This document shows positions 12,804 to 25,432 of a stretch of 64,000 nt of DNA, in pieces. The stretch lies in contig NC_059440.1 of assembly GCF_021028975.2 (NCBI RefSeq), positions 27,280,001 through 27,344,000 of the forward strand, given 5' to 3'. Numbering within the stretch: the stretch's first letter is position 1; each line of letters starts with the position of its first letter. Made by a program: the position numbers and the translations under genes. Under the pieces are notes generated by a model. The model searched no databases. It had not been told where the DNA came from and was given only the letters and a program-made list of their open reading frames with translations. Source of the DNA: Sphaerodactylus townsendi. Lineage: Eukaryota.

Positions 12804-13265
12804 GACCCTCTTTTAGTTTATGGGTCTCTCTTTCCTTTTCTCGTGCTGGCAATTGTAGTTAATTAGAAGCATCTCTGGCGCCTTCCTGAGAAGGAAGGGA
12901 AGGCAGGCAGATGGCTTCCTATCTCTTCACCGTCCTTGGAGAAGGACTTCTGCTTTCTTTCACTTTCCCGCTTCATGGGAATGGAGAGGGGAGGGGGTGT
13001 GGGCACTGGAGGGGATAAAGCCCAGGTTACGTATGCAAGGGGTCAGAACTGGCTTTGTAAAGGCCAGGTGCACGTGCTCATTTCAATAAAGACTTCTGAA
13101 TCATAAAATCCAAAGTCCAGCGTTGAATGAGGTCATATACCTGACAAGCAGCAAGCAAGATTTCAGATTCCACAGAATGCTTCATCAGTCTGGCTGTGGA
13201 GGATGAACACCAAAGCCTGGTATGGATTGGCCTTTAGCAAAACATCATCCAAGGTAGCAGGTAGA

Positions 13266-13561
13266 AGCAGTGGCGTAGTGGTTAAGAGCAGGTGCACTCT
13301 AATCTGGAGAACTGGGTTTGATTCCCCGCTCTGCCACTTGAGCTGTGGAGGCTTATCTGGTGAACTGGATTAGCATGTGCACTCCGACACACACCAGCTG
13401 GGTGAACTTGGGCTAGTCACAGCTTTTTGGAGCTCTCTCAACCCCACTCACCTCACAGGGTGTTTGTTGGGGGGGGGGGGGAGGAAAGGAGATTGTAAGC
13501 CCCTTTGAGTCTCCTTACAGGAGAGAAAGGGGGGTATAAATCCAAATTCTTCAAACTCTTC
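13266..13561 (+). mobile_element. Squam3-like SINE, full length
   Basis: Head, core and tail present. Confidence 0.88.
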
Positions 13562-13589
13562 TAGAAGAGATGGAGGCCTTGTTTGATAG

Positions 13590-13770
13590 ACCAGACTTGC
13601 TTGCTCTCATCAGATGTTGGAAGCTAAGCAGGGTTGGTCTTGGTTAGTGCTTGGATGGGAGACCACCAAGGAATACCTGGGTACCTAAACAGATGCAGCA
13701 AATGGCAAAACACCTCTTGTTTGGCTGTTGCCTTGAAAAACTGAAAGGGCTGCTATAAGCTGGCTGCAGC
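13590..13770 (+). mobile_element. 5S rRNA-derived SINE
   Basis: GGAAGCTAAGCAGGG...TGGTTAGTGCTTGGATGGGAGACC plus the same tail. Confidence 0.75.
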
Positions 13771-14334
13771 CAGAGATGGTCTCTTCAGGACCTGGGAGAG
13801 CTCCTAGGAAAGGCAGATGTTGCTGCTTTATAGACCCAACCTCATGTTGAGCCCTTGTTTTCCAAGGGCAACGCCTGGAGGAGCATCAGTCCCCCACTCC
13901 CACACGAAGTCCCTTCAGATAGTTCTGTGATACTATCACAGAACTATCACAAACACTTCAGATAGGAGATAATATTCCTCTAGTTGTGGACAAGAATGCC
14001 ACCAAATCCCTTGCCCTGATTCAAGTTCTGCTTCTCCCCGTGCAGATAGATGCCCCACGGTCTGTTCTGCATCCTCTATCTGGGGCATACATTTTTCAAA
14101 CCAATTTATGCATTGATACGTCTGCATGGTATGCATCAGTTACATTCATTACATTAACCACTGGTCTAAAGGGAGCAATGGGAAGAGCCCCGTGGCGCAG
14201 AGTGGAAAGCTGCAGTCCTGCAGTCCAAGCTCTGCTTACGATCTGAGTTTGATCCCGAGAGAAGTCGGTTTCAGGCAGCCAGTTCAAGGTTGGGTCAGCC
14301 TTTTGCTGGGTTTCATCAACCAGATTATAGGATC

Positions 14335-14705
14335 ATCGAATCACAGAGTTAGAAGAGACCCCCAAGGGCCATCCAGTCCAACCCCCTGCAATGCAGGAAC
14401 ACACAACCAAAGCACTCCTGACAGATGGCCATCCAGTCTCTCTTTAAAATCCTTCAAAGGAGACTCCACCACACTTCGAGGTAGTGCATTCCACTGTCGA
14501 ACAGCCCTGACTGTCAGGAAGTTTTCCCTGATGTTTAGGTGGAATCTCTTTTTCTTCACCTTGAACCCATGACTCCTGGTCCTAGTCTCTGGAGCAGCAG
14601 AATTTGCTCCCTCCCTTGATGACATCCCTTCTGATATCTAAAGATGTCTATCATGTCACCTCTCAACCTTCTCTTCAGCAAAATAAACATCCCCAGCTCT
14701 CTAAG
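14335..14705 (-). mobile_element. CR1 LINE 3' fragment
   Basis: Minus-strand translation TRSHGFK...RFHLNIRENFLTVRAVRQWNALPRSVVESP...FKERLD is the CR1 ORF2 C-terminus. Confidence 0.88.
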
Positions 14706-16485
14706 AATTCCAGCAGAGAAGGTTAGAGGCAAAATGTTCTGTGGGGGCTTGAAGGCTTCAAGTCCACCCCTCTTAACTATGTGTCAGATTTCCTGGTCAA
14801 AATAGATGCCTCTGTCATCACAAATACACGGTCTTCAATTCCAATTCATATGTTGGAGAAATGCACAGAATATTTTATTATGGTAAACCAGAGTTGGTCA
14901 CCTCTGCAATCACACATGTATGTATGTGTACATATCTCATACACTACATGGTTGTGTAGGTGCACTACTTTGCCCAGGGGGCTATAATGCTGTTAAGACG
15001 GTCCTCCCTTAAAGCTAGGCACAGAGGTTAAGATCTACCCCTTGTCATTGCTGCTCAGTAGCTGATACTTAGAGGTATACTGCTGCTGAACATGGGGGTT
15101 CCATTTAGTTATCAGGACTACTAACCACTATGGACCTCTCCTCCAATAATGTGCGTAACTGGTGGCTTGTGGCAGGGAATTCCACAAGCCAATCACTCTT
15201 TGAGTGACGATTGGTTGCTTTGCTTCACCTTCCCCTCTCTGCCCCGTACATGGAGATTTCATGCCTATCCTGCAGGAAATTTATTTATTTATTTATAATG
15301 AAGCTTTAAAAATGCAATTTCCCCAATACTGCAACAGATCTAGGGGAAGAATGAAAGGGCAGGGCTCCGTCTTTGCTGAGGGCCGAGATCCTCTCTCCCC
15401 CATCTTCCTTGACTTGGCTGCATAATTAACTTGGCAGCGTTGTCATCTGCCTCAGTGTTGCCAGAGAGTGGCCGTGCTTGCTAACTTCTCTGGCGGTTTA
15501 TGAGGCTGGCTGACCATTAACAAGCTATTCACCCTGCCCCCATCTCTCGTTCAACACTTCTGCCGTGCCTTCTAGCTCATTAAAGGCAATTGCATGGCTG
15601 GGCTCCCATGGGAGCTCAGAACGGCTTCGGAGAAAAGAAAAATATGTGTTTCCCCCCCACACAAGCACATTTACACAATCACAATGACACAGTCGACATC
15701 TCAGCATCTAGAAAAGCAATGAGAGCGGGAGCAGATTTATGGGTTGTTTGCTCAGTGGCTCAAGTTAACGTTGACAGTGCTGAGGTGCCAGACTTCCCCG
15801 TGGCACATCTAGATGGTAGCTACTGGACGGCAGAATCAGGGTGTTAATCATGGGTCTTCCAACTGGGCTATTTGAGAAGTACGTATGCAGAAAGTTGATT
15901 GTACTGAACTGCACCATTAGGAAGGGATACAGCGAGGCGGCCGGCCAGACAGCCATTAATGGGTCAATGAACAGTCACATCTGGCTCCCCGTTCACATCT
16001 GGCAAACAGGACGTGAGCTAGACTGGAAGGTGGCTGAATATCCTCTTCCTACCCAATCCACCATTGGCTGAGCTACTGTGACATCACAGAACTATCACAA
16101 ACACTTCAACATTCAACATGTATGACACAGTTTTGGGGGAAGATATGTGGGTCGAGCATGAATATTTTCAGGGGCGGAAACTCAGGACCTGCCCTGGCCT
16201 GATACTAGAATGGGGGGGAATACTCTCAAATGACAAAAAAAAAACCCACACAGTTGCTGTACAACTGAGCACCAAAAGGATTTGGGAACTCCGGAAAGAA
16301 GTTCCCAGGTTACCACCTGGAGAAGGCTGAGTCCAGGGAGCCAGAGCATATCAAGAGAGCAAATCCTCTCAAATGTACCTGTCTGTAAGTAAAACATCTC
16401 TCAGATTCTAAGAATGGAGAAGATGAAAAGGGCAGGTAGAGACTTGGTTCAGTTTGTGTCTAGGAACTGAGCGTGAAAGTAGTCA

Positions 16486-16820
16486 GAAGAAGAAGAGGAG
16501 GAGGAGGAGGAGGAGGAGGAGGAGGAGGAGGAGGAGGAGGAGTTTGGATTTGTACCCTACCTTTCACACCTGTAAGGAGACTCAAGATGGCTTACAAGCT
16601 CCTTTCCCCACAACAGAAACCTGGTGAGATAGGTGGGTCTTAGAGAGTTCTGAGAGAACTGTGACCAACCCAAGGTCACCTAGCAGGAATCTAGGAGTGC
16701 GGGAACACATTTGATTCACCAGATAAGAGTCTGCCACTCATGTGGAGGAGTGGGGAAGCAAATCTGGTTCTCCAGATTAGAATCCACCTGCTCTTAACCA
16801 CTCCACCACGTTGGCTCTCA
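16486..16820 (-). mobile_element. Squam3-like SINE with expanded (CCT)n tail
   Basis: Reverse copy; GAG-repeat tract 16495-16542. Confidence 0.88.
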
Positions 16821-18450
16821 GCCTTGCCAGGATCAAGGCCATATTCGTCAACAGGCACGATTGCAGCAAGCAGGTTCTGTTACATCCCTCAGCTGAAACC
16901 TGACCTTTGCTGGTAGAACATTCCCTGGCTCTTGTCCTCATAATCTGCCTGAAGAGCTCCACAGCCAATCGGCTTCTCACTTGCCTGGCATCCCGGGACC
17001 TCTGCCAGGTTCAGCTACCAGCTGGTAACTTGGATTCGTTCGCTGGTCACTGCTGGACTGGAAACAGGCTGGAGACGGGGCCTAGTGCTGGACACCCAGA
17101 AGTCTGTGAAATGGGATTCAGAGAGGGAGATAACGATACAGCCAGAAAGCTCAGCTGAGCCCCTCATCCCCGGCAGAAACTCATAGTACAGTCTTGTTCG
17201 ACTTGAATCCTGATGTTGTTTATCCTTGGTGCCGAGTTATCTTGAGATGATGACAATTGTGGGTGGGGAGGCAGGGAGAGAAAGAGAGAGTGGCGGAAAC
17301 GTTGGCATGAAAATAAAAGAAGGTGCGAAAGCTTGTCAAGAGGCCCTTCGCAAACAGACGTGTCGGCCGGCAGCACAAAACGTTCTTGTTGGAGATGTGA
17401 AATACGAACAATATCGGGATTTGGAGCGGCGAAGAAGAGATTCCATTACGGTGCTTCTGACAATTGCAACGGCAAACCCCCTCCGCTTCTCACTCGCCTT
17501 GACAGCCACTTGGGGTTGCCATAAGTCAGCCATGAGAATGCCATTTGTGAAGTAGATGGTTCCAAAATTCTTTTGTGGGACATCTAAGCTTTTGTTTTTA
17601 TCTGATCAGCTGTGGAGTCCTGTCTGCTGCCACATCTCAAGGCAGCAGAGAAACAGCCTTTCTTGGGCAAGAGAACTTTGAGGAACTCTCTGCATCTAGC
17701 CAGGCTTTTGAAAAGGGAAATTATTCTCCGCTTTTATCCACTGTCACTCTTAATATAGCCCCAAATAACATCATAAAATCCAGATGGCGTGTTTGGGTGC
17801 AATAAACATGATAGATTGCACAAAATGTTCTCGAGAGATAGATAATGCTTGTTTCTCATCCCTCCAGATCGGAGGAAGTAATATTTGTTCCAGTCGCCCA
17901 AGTCCCTTTTCTCCAAGTACGGCTGCGCTGTGTATTCATACCAAAATATTCTACAGAGTGGGAGAGGGTGGAAGCCTAGGGTGAAGAAATCATGAAGGAA
18001 GACAAACAACAGATTTTACAGAACAGTGCGGCTGATCTGGAAGCGCTCTGTGTTCTGTATAAAATGTGTCTCTTTTTTCCAGGGTCGAGCAATGTGAGAA
18101 AATAAAGGGGGAAAAAACCAATCTGTAAGCTGGTAGTTTGTAGCCAGATTCAGGCAGCACTGATTGGCTAATGCCAATGCTGTCAAGAACACATAATTTT
18201 CAGCCTCTGATTGGCTAATACCAGTGATGTCAATGAATCATAATTTTCAACCTCTCCCCATAGTAGAGTTGCAACTATTGTTTTAAATATTTCTATCTCG
18301 AATAAGGGAAAGAATGATAGTGTAAGTTAATAGAAGCAAGAAGGGTGATCGAAAAAAATTACGGTTCACACCTTTCAGTTCAACAAGATACACGTTTCAT
18401 CAATCCAGTTATGAAGCTGGGTGCACAGTGGCCACTGTGATTTTCTCTAT

Positions 18451-18601
18451 GGCCCCTTCTGCACATGCAGAATAATGCACTTTCAATCCACTTTCAATGC
18501 ACTTTGAAGCTGGATTTTACTGTTCAGAGTAGCAAAATCCACTTTCAAACAATTGTGAAAGTGGATTGAAAGTGCATTATTCTGCACGTGCGGAAGAGGC
18601 C
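18451..18601. mobile_element. PIF/Harbinger-type MITE (151 bp)
   Basis: TIRs GGCCCCTTC...GAAGAGGCC, palindromic body, 3-bp TSD TAT. Confidence 0.8.
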
Positions 18602-18811
18602 TATGTCAGTGTTAAAATTACGATCTAGGGAACATCTCAATCTTTTAGTGATAGCTTTTGCCTTTCAAAGGCTTCTCTAGCTCTGTTCAAGGTTGGGAAC
18701 TGGGGAATTGGAGGGGGGGCTCTTGGATTTTATTAAGGGTCTCCCACCTCCCCCTCCCCACTTCCTTTACCCGTGTGTCAACCAGTAAAGTTGTGATTGG
18801 TGTGATTGGTG

Positions 18812-19113
18812 TTTGGAATATGCTGCCACAGGAGGTGGTGATGGCCACTAACCTGGATAGCTTTAAAAGGGGCTTGGACAGATTTATGGAGGAGAAGTCG
18901 ATCTCTGGCTACCAATCTTGATCCTCCTTGATCTGAGATTGCAAATGCCTTAACAGTCCAGGTGCTCGGGAGCAGCAGCCGCAGAAGGCCAATGCTTTCA
19001 CATCCTGCACGTGAGCTCCCAAAGGCACCTGGTGGGCCACTGCGAGTAGCAGAGAGCTGGGCTAGATGGACTTTGGTCTGATCCAGCTGGCTTGTTCTTA
19101 TGTTCTTATGTTC
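18812..19113 (+). mobile_element. CR1 LINE 3' fragment
   Basis: WNMLPQEVVMATNLDSFKRGLDRFM plus 3' UTR and (TTCTTATG)n tail; GTGTCAACCAGTAAAGT is duplicated nearby (18775, 19133). Confidence 0.85.
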
Positions 19114-19879
19114 TAAAGTCTCCAGTAAACCAGTGTCAACCAGTAAAGTCTCATTCATACCGCCTTCAAATGTGGAGGAACTGCCCAACCCGGAGCTGGC
19201 GACCCTAGTGAACTACTCTGACATAGCCCTTTTCCTCTTGTGCAAATGGATACTTGCAGCCGACCTCTCTGTCACAGAAAGAGTTCTGGGCCAAAGCCTT
19301 GAACTCCAATCTGTCTCCATTACCGGGCAGGCGCCATGAATTATAAACAAGCCGTGTTCTTGCCACCAAACCCTCCCTCCACTCTCTCTGCCTCCCTTCT
19401 TCCATCACCCGGCTTCTGCCTTTCTAAGGGCAACCTGCTCCGTTACCTTCCTGCTTTATGGAAATGAAAATGCCGCTCGCTGAGAACTGATGGTTATAAC
19501 TCGACTTTATTGAGTTTCGTTCCTCCTTCCCTCCCTAGGCTAAGTCAAGCTTGCAATAAATCCAGTCTGTGAGGAAGTCAGACTGGGCTTATTAAATACA
19601 CACACATCCAAAGCGGTCCTAGGGCACTGTCAGAACCAACTCTTGGTGGGGGCTGGTGCGACCATGTAGCCTGCACTGCGTACAACTTGATTGATGTACC
19701 TCCTGACTGATATGTAGAAAAGATCTGGTTCTGCTCTCTTCTCTTTTCCCTTTGATGTTTATTGCTTGATAACAAGTGTAGATAACTAGGCAAGACCCTG
19801 AGAAACATCCTGCCCTCAGCAGAGGCGTAGCTAGGGAAAATGGAGCTCGGGACAAGATCTAAGTTTTGGGCCCCCCACC

Positions 19880-20071
19880 CAGAGGTGGGATCCAACCAGT
19901 TCTCACCACTTCTCTAGAAGTGGTTACTAATTTTTTCTGAGTGCCGAGAAGGGGTTACTAAAGCAACCTCCCTGCCCAATAGGGACTGGAGGTGTGTGTG
20001 TGTGGCAGTGCCACTGTTTGAATCCCACCACTATCAGAACCTGTTATTAAAATTTTTGGATCCCACCACTG
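19880..20071. mobile_element. Non-autonomous hAT element
   Basis: TIRs CAGAGGTGGGATCC / GGATCCCACCACTG, perfect 8-bp TSD CCCCCACC; nested in another element starting CAGAGGCGTAGCTAGG at 19820. Confidence 0.82.
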
Positions 20072-20117
20072 CCCCCACCCCATATGGGCGGCCCCCCCCC
20101 CCCCCCCCCCCCACGAC

Positions 20118-20830
20118 TAGGGCTATGGTCGGTTTGAGGTTTCGGGTTTTGTTACAATTTTGGGAACAATTTTTGACTAAATAAATTAAAAAACAAAACA
20201 AAAGTTAGCTTTAGGGGTCAGGTAAGGGTTAAGGCAAAACCCCAAAACCTGAAACTGACCATAGCCCTATTCTCAGACTGCACCCTAAAACTCAACATAA
20301 CACTAAGGAAAGCCAGAGTCCCTGCCCTTGCCTTAACCCTAACCCTAACTTATTATTTTTAGTTAATTTATTTTTTGTTACAATTTTGGGAACAATTTAT
20401 GACTGAATAAATGAAATAAAAATAAGTTAGGGAATTAGAGAGTTAAGAGCAAGAGCAAGCGGCTCAAACTACTATGAATATTACAGATGAGTTCTAGGGC
20501 GCAGTCCGAGAATAGGGCTAGGGTCAGTTTTAGGTTTTTGTTACAAATTTGGGAACAATTTATGACTGAATAAATTAAATAAAAATAAAAAGTTAGGGTT
20601 GGGGTTCAAGCAAGGGCAAGGGTTAAGGCAAAACCCTGAAACCTGAAACTGACCATAACCCTATTCTCCGACTGCGCCCTAGAACTCAATATAACACTAA
20701 AGTAAACCAGAGCCCCTGCCCTTGTCTTAACCCTAACCCAAATTTATTGTTTTTTTAATTTATTCAGTCATAAATTGTTCCCAAAATTGTTATAAAAACC
20801 CGAAAACTGAAACTGACCGTAGCCCTATTC
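20118..20830. repeat. Fold-back array of a ~165-bp unit with TTAGGG-like motifs
   Basis: Unit appears forward/reverse/forward/reverse; the array ends are reverse complements; contains TTAACCCTAACCCTAAC. Confidence 0.8.
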
Positions 20831-20832
20831 AC

Positions 20833-21021
20833 AGAGCTGAGAGAGCTCAGAAGAACTGTGACTAGCCCAAGATCACCCAGCTGGCATGTGTTGGAATGTA
20901 CTACAGGCTAATCTGAATGCCCCAGATAAGCCTCCACAGCTCAGGCGGCAGAGCAGGGAATCAAACCTGGTTCCTCCAGATTAGAGTATAGCTGCTCTTA
21001 ACCACTATGCCACTGCTGCTC
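20833..21021 (-). mobile_element. Squam3-like SINE, 3' truncated
   Basis: Head and core only; abuts the fold-back array. Confidence 0.8.
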
Positions 21022-22431
21022 TATTAGAATATAGTCCTGAACGAATATGAGAATTATCATTCCTTTTTACACGCTGCATTTGTCAAAACATTATTTTCTG
21101 CATCACTGAACATGGTATTTGGCTACAAGGGTATTTATTTGCAAACTGGTAGGCACTAGGACCCAGGTGGGCCACTAAATATAAAAATACTAAATATCAA
21201 AAACACATATTACAAATTAAAATCATCTACACCTATAAAAGGCCCTTATACATACAATATCAAGATTACAATACACAGAAGGGTTCAGTGAGGACCCTTT
21301 TTTGACCCTTCAAAATGGATGCATTTTGGCCAACTGGTTTTCCTCAGTGTTCAACAATAATACAATAATACAGTGTTTAGATACCAGACTGCAAATTGCA
21401 ATTATACAGGTTTTTTTTATGACGGAGACCAATTATTGGAGAGTCATTTAAATTGGCACCCAGGTCTTCCACACAAAGCCACGTCAAAGAGTATATTACA
21501 ATGTGCCAATCGTGCCCAGTTCTGCTCATCATAGGAAATTCTCGTCGGGAGCAAATGAATTCCAACGGATCACCAGCTATAAAGAGTTTCTGTTACCTCT
21601 AATTTCCCGCTGCTTGTGATACCGAATAAATTATTTTAAAGGTGTCAGTGGCTGCATCTAATTTTATTCTTTTTACACCCAGCAGTAGGTATCGAAACAG
21701 ATGACTTAAGCGAGAACTGAAGCGGATGTAGAGATGTTGGAAGAATCTAGGAAAGAGGGGTCGAATTACGGTTGCCAACTCCGGATGGGAAATGCCCGGT
21801 GATTTGGGGAGGGGGAGTTTGGGGAGGGGGGGAGCTCAGCAGATCCAGCCTCCAAAGCAGATATTGTATCTGTGGTCTCCAGATCACTTGCAGTTCCAGG
21901 AGATCTCAAGGCCTGGCCTTGAGGTTGGCAGCTCTTTCCTCAGACATATTGTGTGGTCTATTAATTTCAGTCTTTGGTTCTATGTGAATTAAGTCGGTTC
22001 AGTTCACAGTCAGAGGAACCTACAGCTTCTCCCATCTTGGCTTCAGCCTTTACCATCATAAATTCTCAACTGCAGTCCTCTAGTTCCCCACTTTGCTCTT
22101 TACAGCCAGCCTTGAGAGTGAATTGCACCACTGACATGTGCATTCCATCTTCTTTCAGATCCTTTCTGTCCTGGATATATTGCTCTTTTAAAGTGCCGGC
22201 ACCCCCGATTTGTATGCAGTGGCTGTAGCCCTGTTTTGCAACGGCCCAGCATCTGGTCTGATCTCTCTGCGTGAGTGGAATTCTTGCTCTGTTGCAGGAG
22301 AGCCCTGGGTGGCATCCAGTGTTCTTCCCTCCCCCTTTTATTCCCCCAACAGCCCTGCGAGGTGGGCTAGGCTGTGAAAGCATGACCAACTCAAGGTCAC
22401 CAGCGAGCATTACTCCCTGGTTCTTTTTAAG

Positions 22432-22730
22432 AGAAGAAGAAGAGTTTGGATTTATACCCCACCTTTCTTTCCTGTAAAGAGACTCAAGGTGGCTTACAAG
22501 CTCCTTTCCCTTCCTCTCCCTACAACTGACACCTTGTGAGGTAGGTAGGGCTGCGAGAGTTCAGAGAGAACTATGACTAGCCCCAGGTCACCCAGCAGGA
22601 ATGTAGGAGTGCGGAAACACGTCTGGTTCACCAGATAAGCCTCTGCCACTCAGGTGGAAGAGTGGGGAATCAAACCCGGTTCTCCAGATTAGAATCCACC
22701 TGCTCTTAACCACCACACCACGCTGGCTCT
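22432..22730 (-). mobile_element. Squam3-like SINE, full length
   Basis: Reverse copy with (CTT)n tail. Confidence 0.88.
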
Positions 22731-24494
22731 ACTCTTTAACTGGAGATGCCAAGGACTGAGCATACATGAAGCTGCCTTATACTAAATGAGATCCTGGGTT
22801 CATCAAGGTCATCATTGCCCGCTCTGACTGGAAGCAGCTCTCTAGGATCTCAGGTCAATGTTTTTGACATCACTCACTGCCTGGTTTTCTTAACCGGAGA
22901 TGCCGAGGACTGAACCAGCAGTTCACCTGAGAATGCTCCTACTGCTAAATTATAAAGCTCCATCCATGCACATGGAGCTTGCGGATTCCAAAAGGTCTCT
23001 GCCCCAAGGGGCCTACAGTTCCAAACTCAGCACAGTGGAGGCAATAAAGGAAGGGGAGAGTGCTGGAAGCCAGAGGAAATAGGAGAAGAGCACATATTCT
23101 TTGCGGCTGAAAAATCTGCAGAGAGGTGAACCAACCGAGCAGCGCAGGTGAGAGGTGTTAGATGCAAACCTTTGGGAATCTCCAGCGGAGGCCTTTGGCT
23201 ACCAGCAGACAGGCACTCCAGTGAACAAGGAAGTATGAAGGAAACATCTTTCTCCTCTCAGGCCTCTGATCCCCGCTGAGTAATATTGATCGCTCTAAAG
23301 GAGATAGATCATTTAATTACATTCCCGGCTAACCATCTCTTAGCATTGCAAATGAGACCCAGAAAGCAGCCGAGCAGCCCGTGGACTTTGCATTCCCCTG
23401 AAGCTGCGACGGATTGTTGGCTGAGAAGAACAATCGTTCGGGTGGATAAACTGTCCAGGAATACATTACCGAAAGCCCTGTTGAGAGGCTGAGGGGCCCC
23501 ATTCCTCATTAGCATCACCAACTTTGCATGGAGAAGTAGATGCAGTCCCCTGACAAAACGCTGCCGTCCTACCGAAAGGACTGACCTGGAGAGCCCAACT
23601 CGGAAGTGCCAGGATTTTGAAGAATAAACCACTTGCCAGCCGTGATGGTTTTGATCTATAATTTCACATCTGTTGCATAAGCATCCCTCGTTTTTCTTAC
23701 TTCGTGAAGTTCAAGAGGTGTACTGTATACAGGTTTCCTGGAGAATTCCTACCCAGACCCTGAGCACCTTGGTTTCAGCCAGCTTTAAATAGGGTTTTCA
23801 AGTAGGGTTGCCAGCACCAGATTGGCAAATTTCTGGAGATTTGGGGGGGGGGGCGCTGGGGGGCCCGCTGGGGAGCAGCATTTGGAGGGGGGGATAATTC
23901 TGTCAAGTCCACCCTCCAAAGCAGCTGTTTCTGCAGGGAGGGGGGGCTGATCTCTTTCATCTGGAGACCAGTTGTCATTCTGGGAAATTTCCAACCTCCG
24001 ACAAGGTGATTTCCATCAGTTAGGAGGGAATCAGCACCTGCCATTTGCTTCCCCTAGATGCCGGTCTTGGCTTTCCCAGCAAAAAAGCTGGCTGCAGCCT
24101 TTGGCAGTGACCCCCACAATTCCTGAGCTGCTCCGCCGGCGGATTCTTAATCTACCTCGCAACCTAAGAATTACCCAATTGCCAAATCTGATCCAGGATT
24201 TTAATCCAAGAAGTCACACTGTCTTCAGGGTTCTGCTTTGCTCTTTGGGCCTCTAGCGCCATCTGGTGAGCAGCAAGAGCAATTTTTTTGTTCACCTGCA
24301 AAAGTATTTGCAACTCATGGGCCTCCGACCATCGTTCATGATGGAACTCCTTGTGTGCATTCAACACGTGCCTTATCCCTATATCTCTCATGAATCTGGA
24401 CTGTTCAATTATCTGGTTTTGTTTCCAGTGTGGGAATCTTCCACTTTTTAATGTTTTGATCCCCACACTTTGCACACGATGCCATGCATTTAAC

Positions 24495-24789
24495 GAGCCA
24501 GCGTGGTTTGTGGTTAAGAGCAGGTGGACTCTAGTCTGGAGAACCAGGTTTGATTCCTCACTCCTCCACCTGAGTGGCAGAGGCTTATCTGGTAAACCAG
24601 GTATGTTTCCGCACTCCTACATTCCTGCTGGGTGACCTTGGGCTAGTCACAGTTCTCTCAGAACTCTCTCAGCCCCACCTGCCTCACAAGGTGTCTGTTG
24701 TGGGGAGAGGAAGGGAAAGGAGATTCTAAGCCGCCTTGAGTCTCCTTACAGGAGAGAAAGGGGGGGGCATAAATCCAAACTCTTCTTTT
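24495..24789 (+). mobile_element. Squam3-like SINE, full length
   Basis: Head, core and tail present. Confidence 0.88.
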
Positions 24790-25038
24790 TCTTTGCCACA
24801 GTCTCCTGTTTGTTTGCATCTTTTTTATTTTGAAAATCCTCCTCATGACTTTTTTCCACATATATACTAATAAAAAAAATCACAAAGCAGCGTTCTCTAT
24901 ATTCTAGATAAGATCATGCCATTCTTTTTGTGTACTTCAACACATAGAGGTAACCAATCCCAGTTAAGGTAACCAATCTTAAAGATTTGAGAGATGACAC
25001 CAGGGGAAAGTCGAACGGGACCTTAACAGGGTCTAATA

Positions 25039-25432
25039 CAGTGATGGTGAACCTTTTTGAGACCGAATGCCCAAATTGCAACCCAAAACCCACTTATTTA
25101 TCACAAAGTGCCAACACGGCAATTTAACCTGAATATTGAGATTTTAGTTTAGAAAAAATGGTTGGCTCCGAGGTGCACGTTACTTGGGAGTAAGCTTGGT
25201 GAAGCAACCGTGCAACGCTTTCAATGGGTGAATCACGACCCTAGGAGGGTTTACTCAGAAGCAAGGCCCATTGCCAGCAACTGAGCTTACTCCCAGGTAA
25301 AGGATCATGCCCAGGCTAGCCTAGATGTGTGTGATTTTCCGCCCCCCACATGATGAACTCTGTGCACATGTGCCCACAGAAAGGGCTCTGAGTGCCACCT
25401 CTGGCACCCGTGCCATAGGTTCGCCACCACTG
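25039..25432. mobile_element. Non-autonomous hAT element
   Basis: TIRs CAGTGATGGTGAACC / GGTTCGCCACCACTG, perfect TSD GTCTAATA. Confidence 0.85.

Noticed and set aside
13266-13335. tRNA gene (SINE heads)
   Set aside because: A and B boxes are present, but there is no intact cloverleaf and they always lead into the SINE body.
17226-17555. 109-aa plus-strand ORF
   Set aside because: No recognisable homology or clear exon boundaries, and its 3' part is a SINE tail fragment.
20330-20350. True interstitial telomere
   Set aside because: Only 2-3 degenerate CCCTAA units, embedded in a larger repeat unit.
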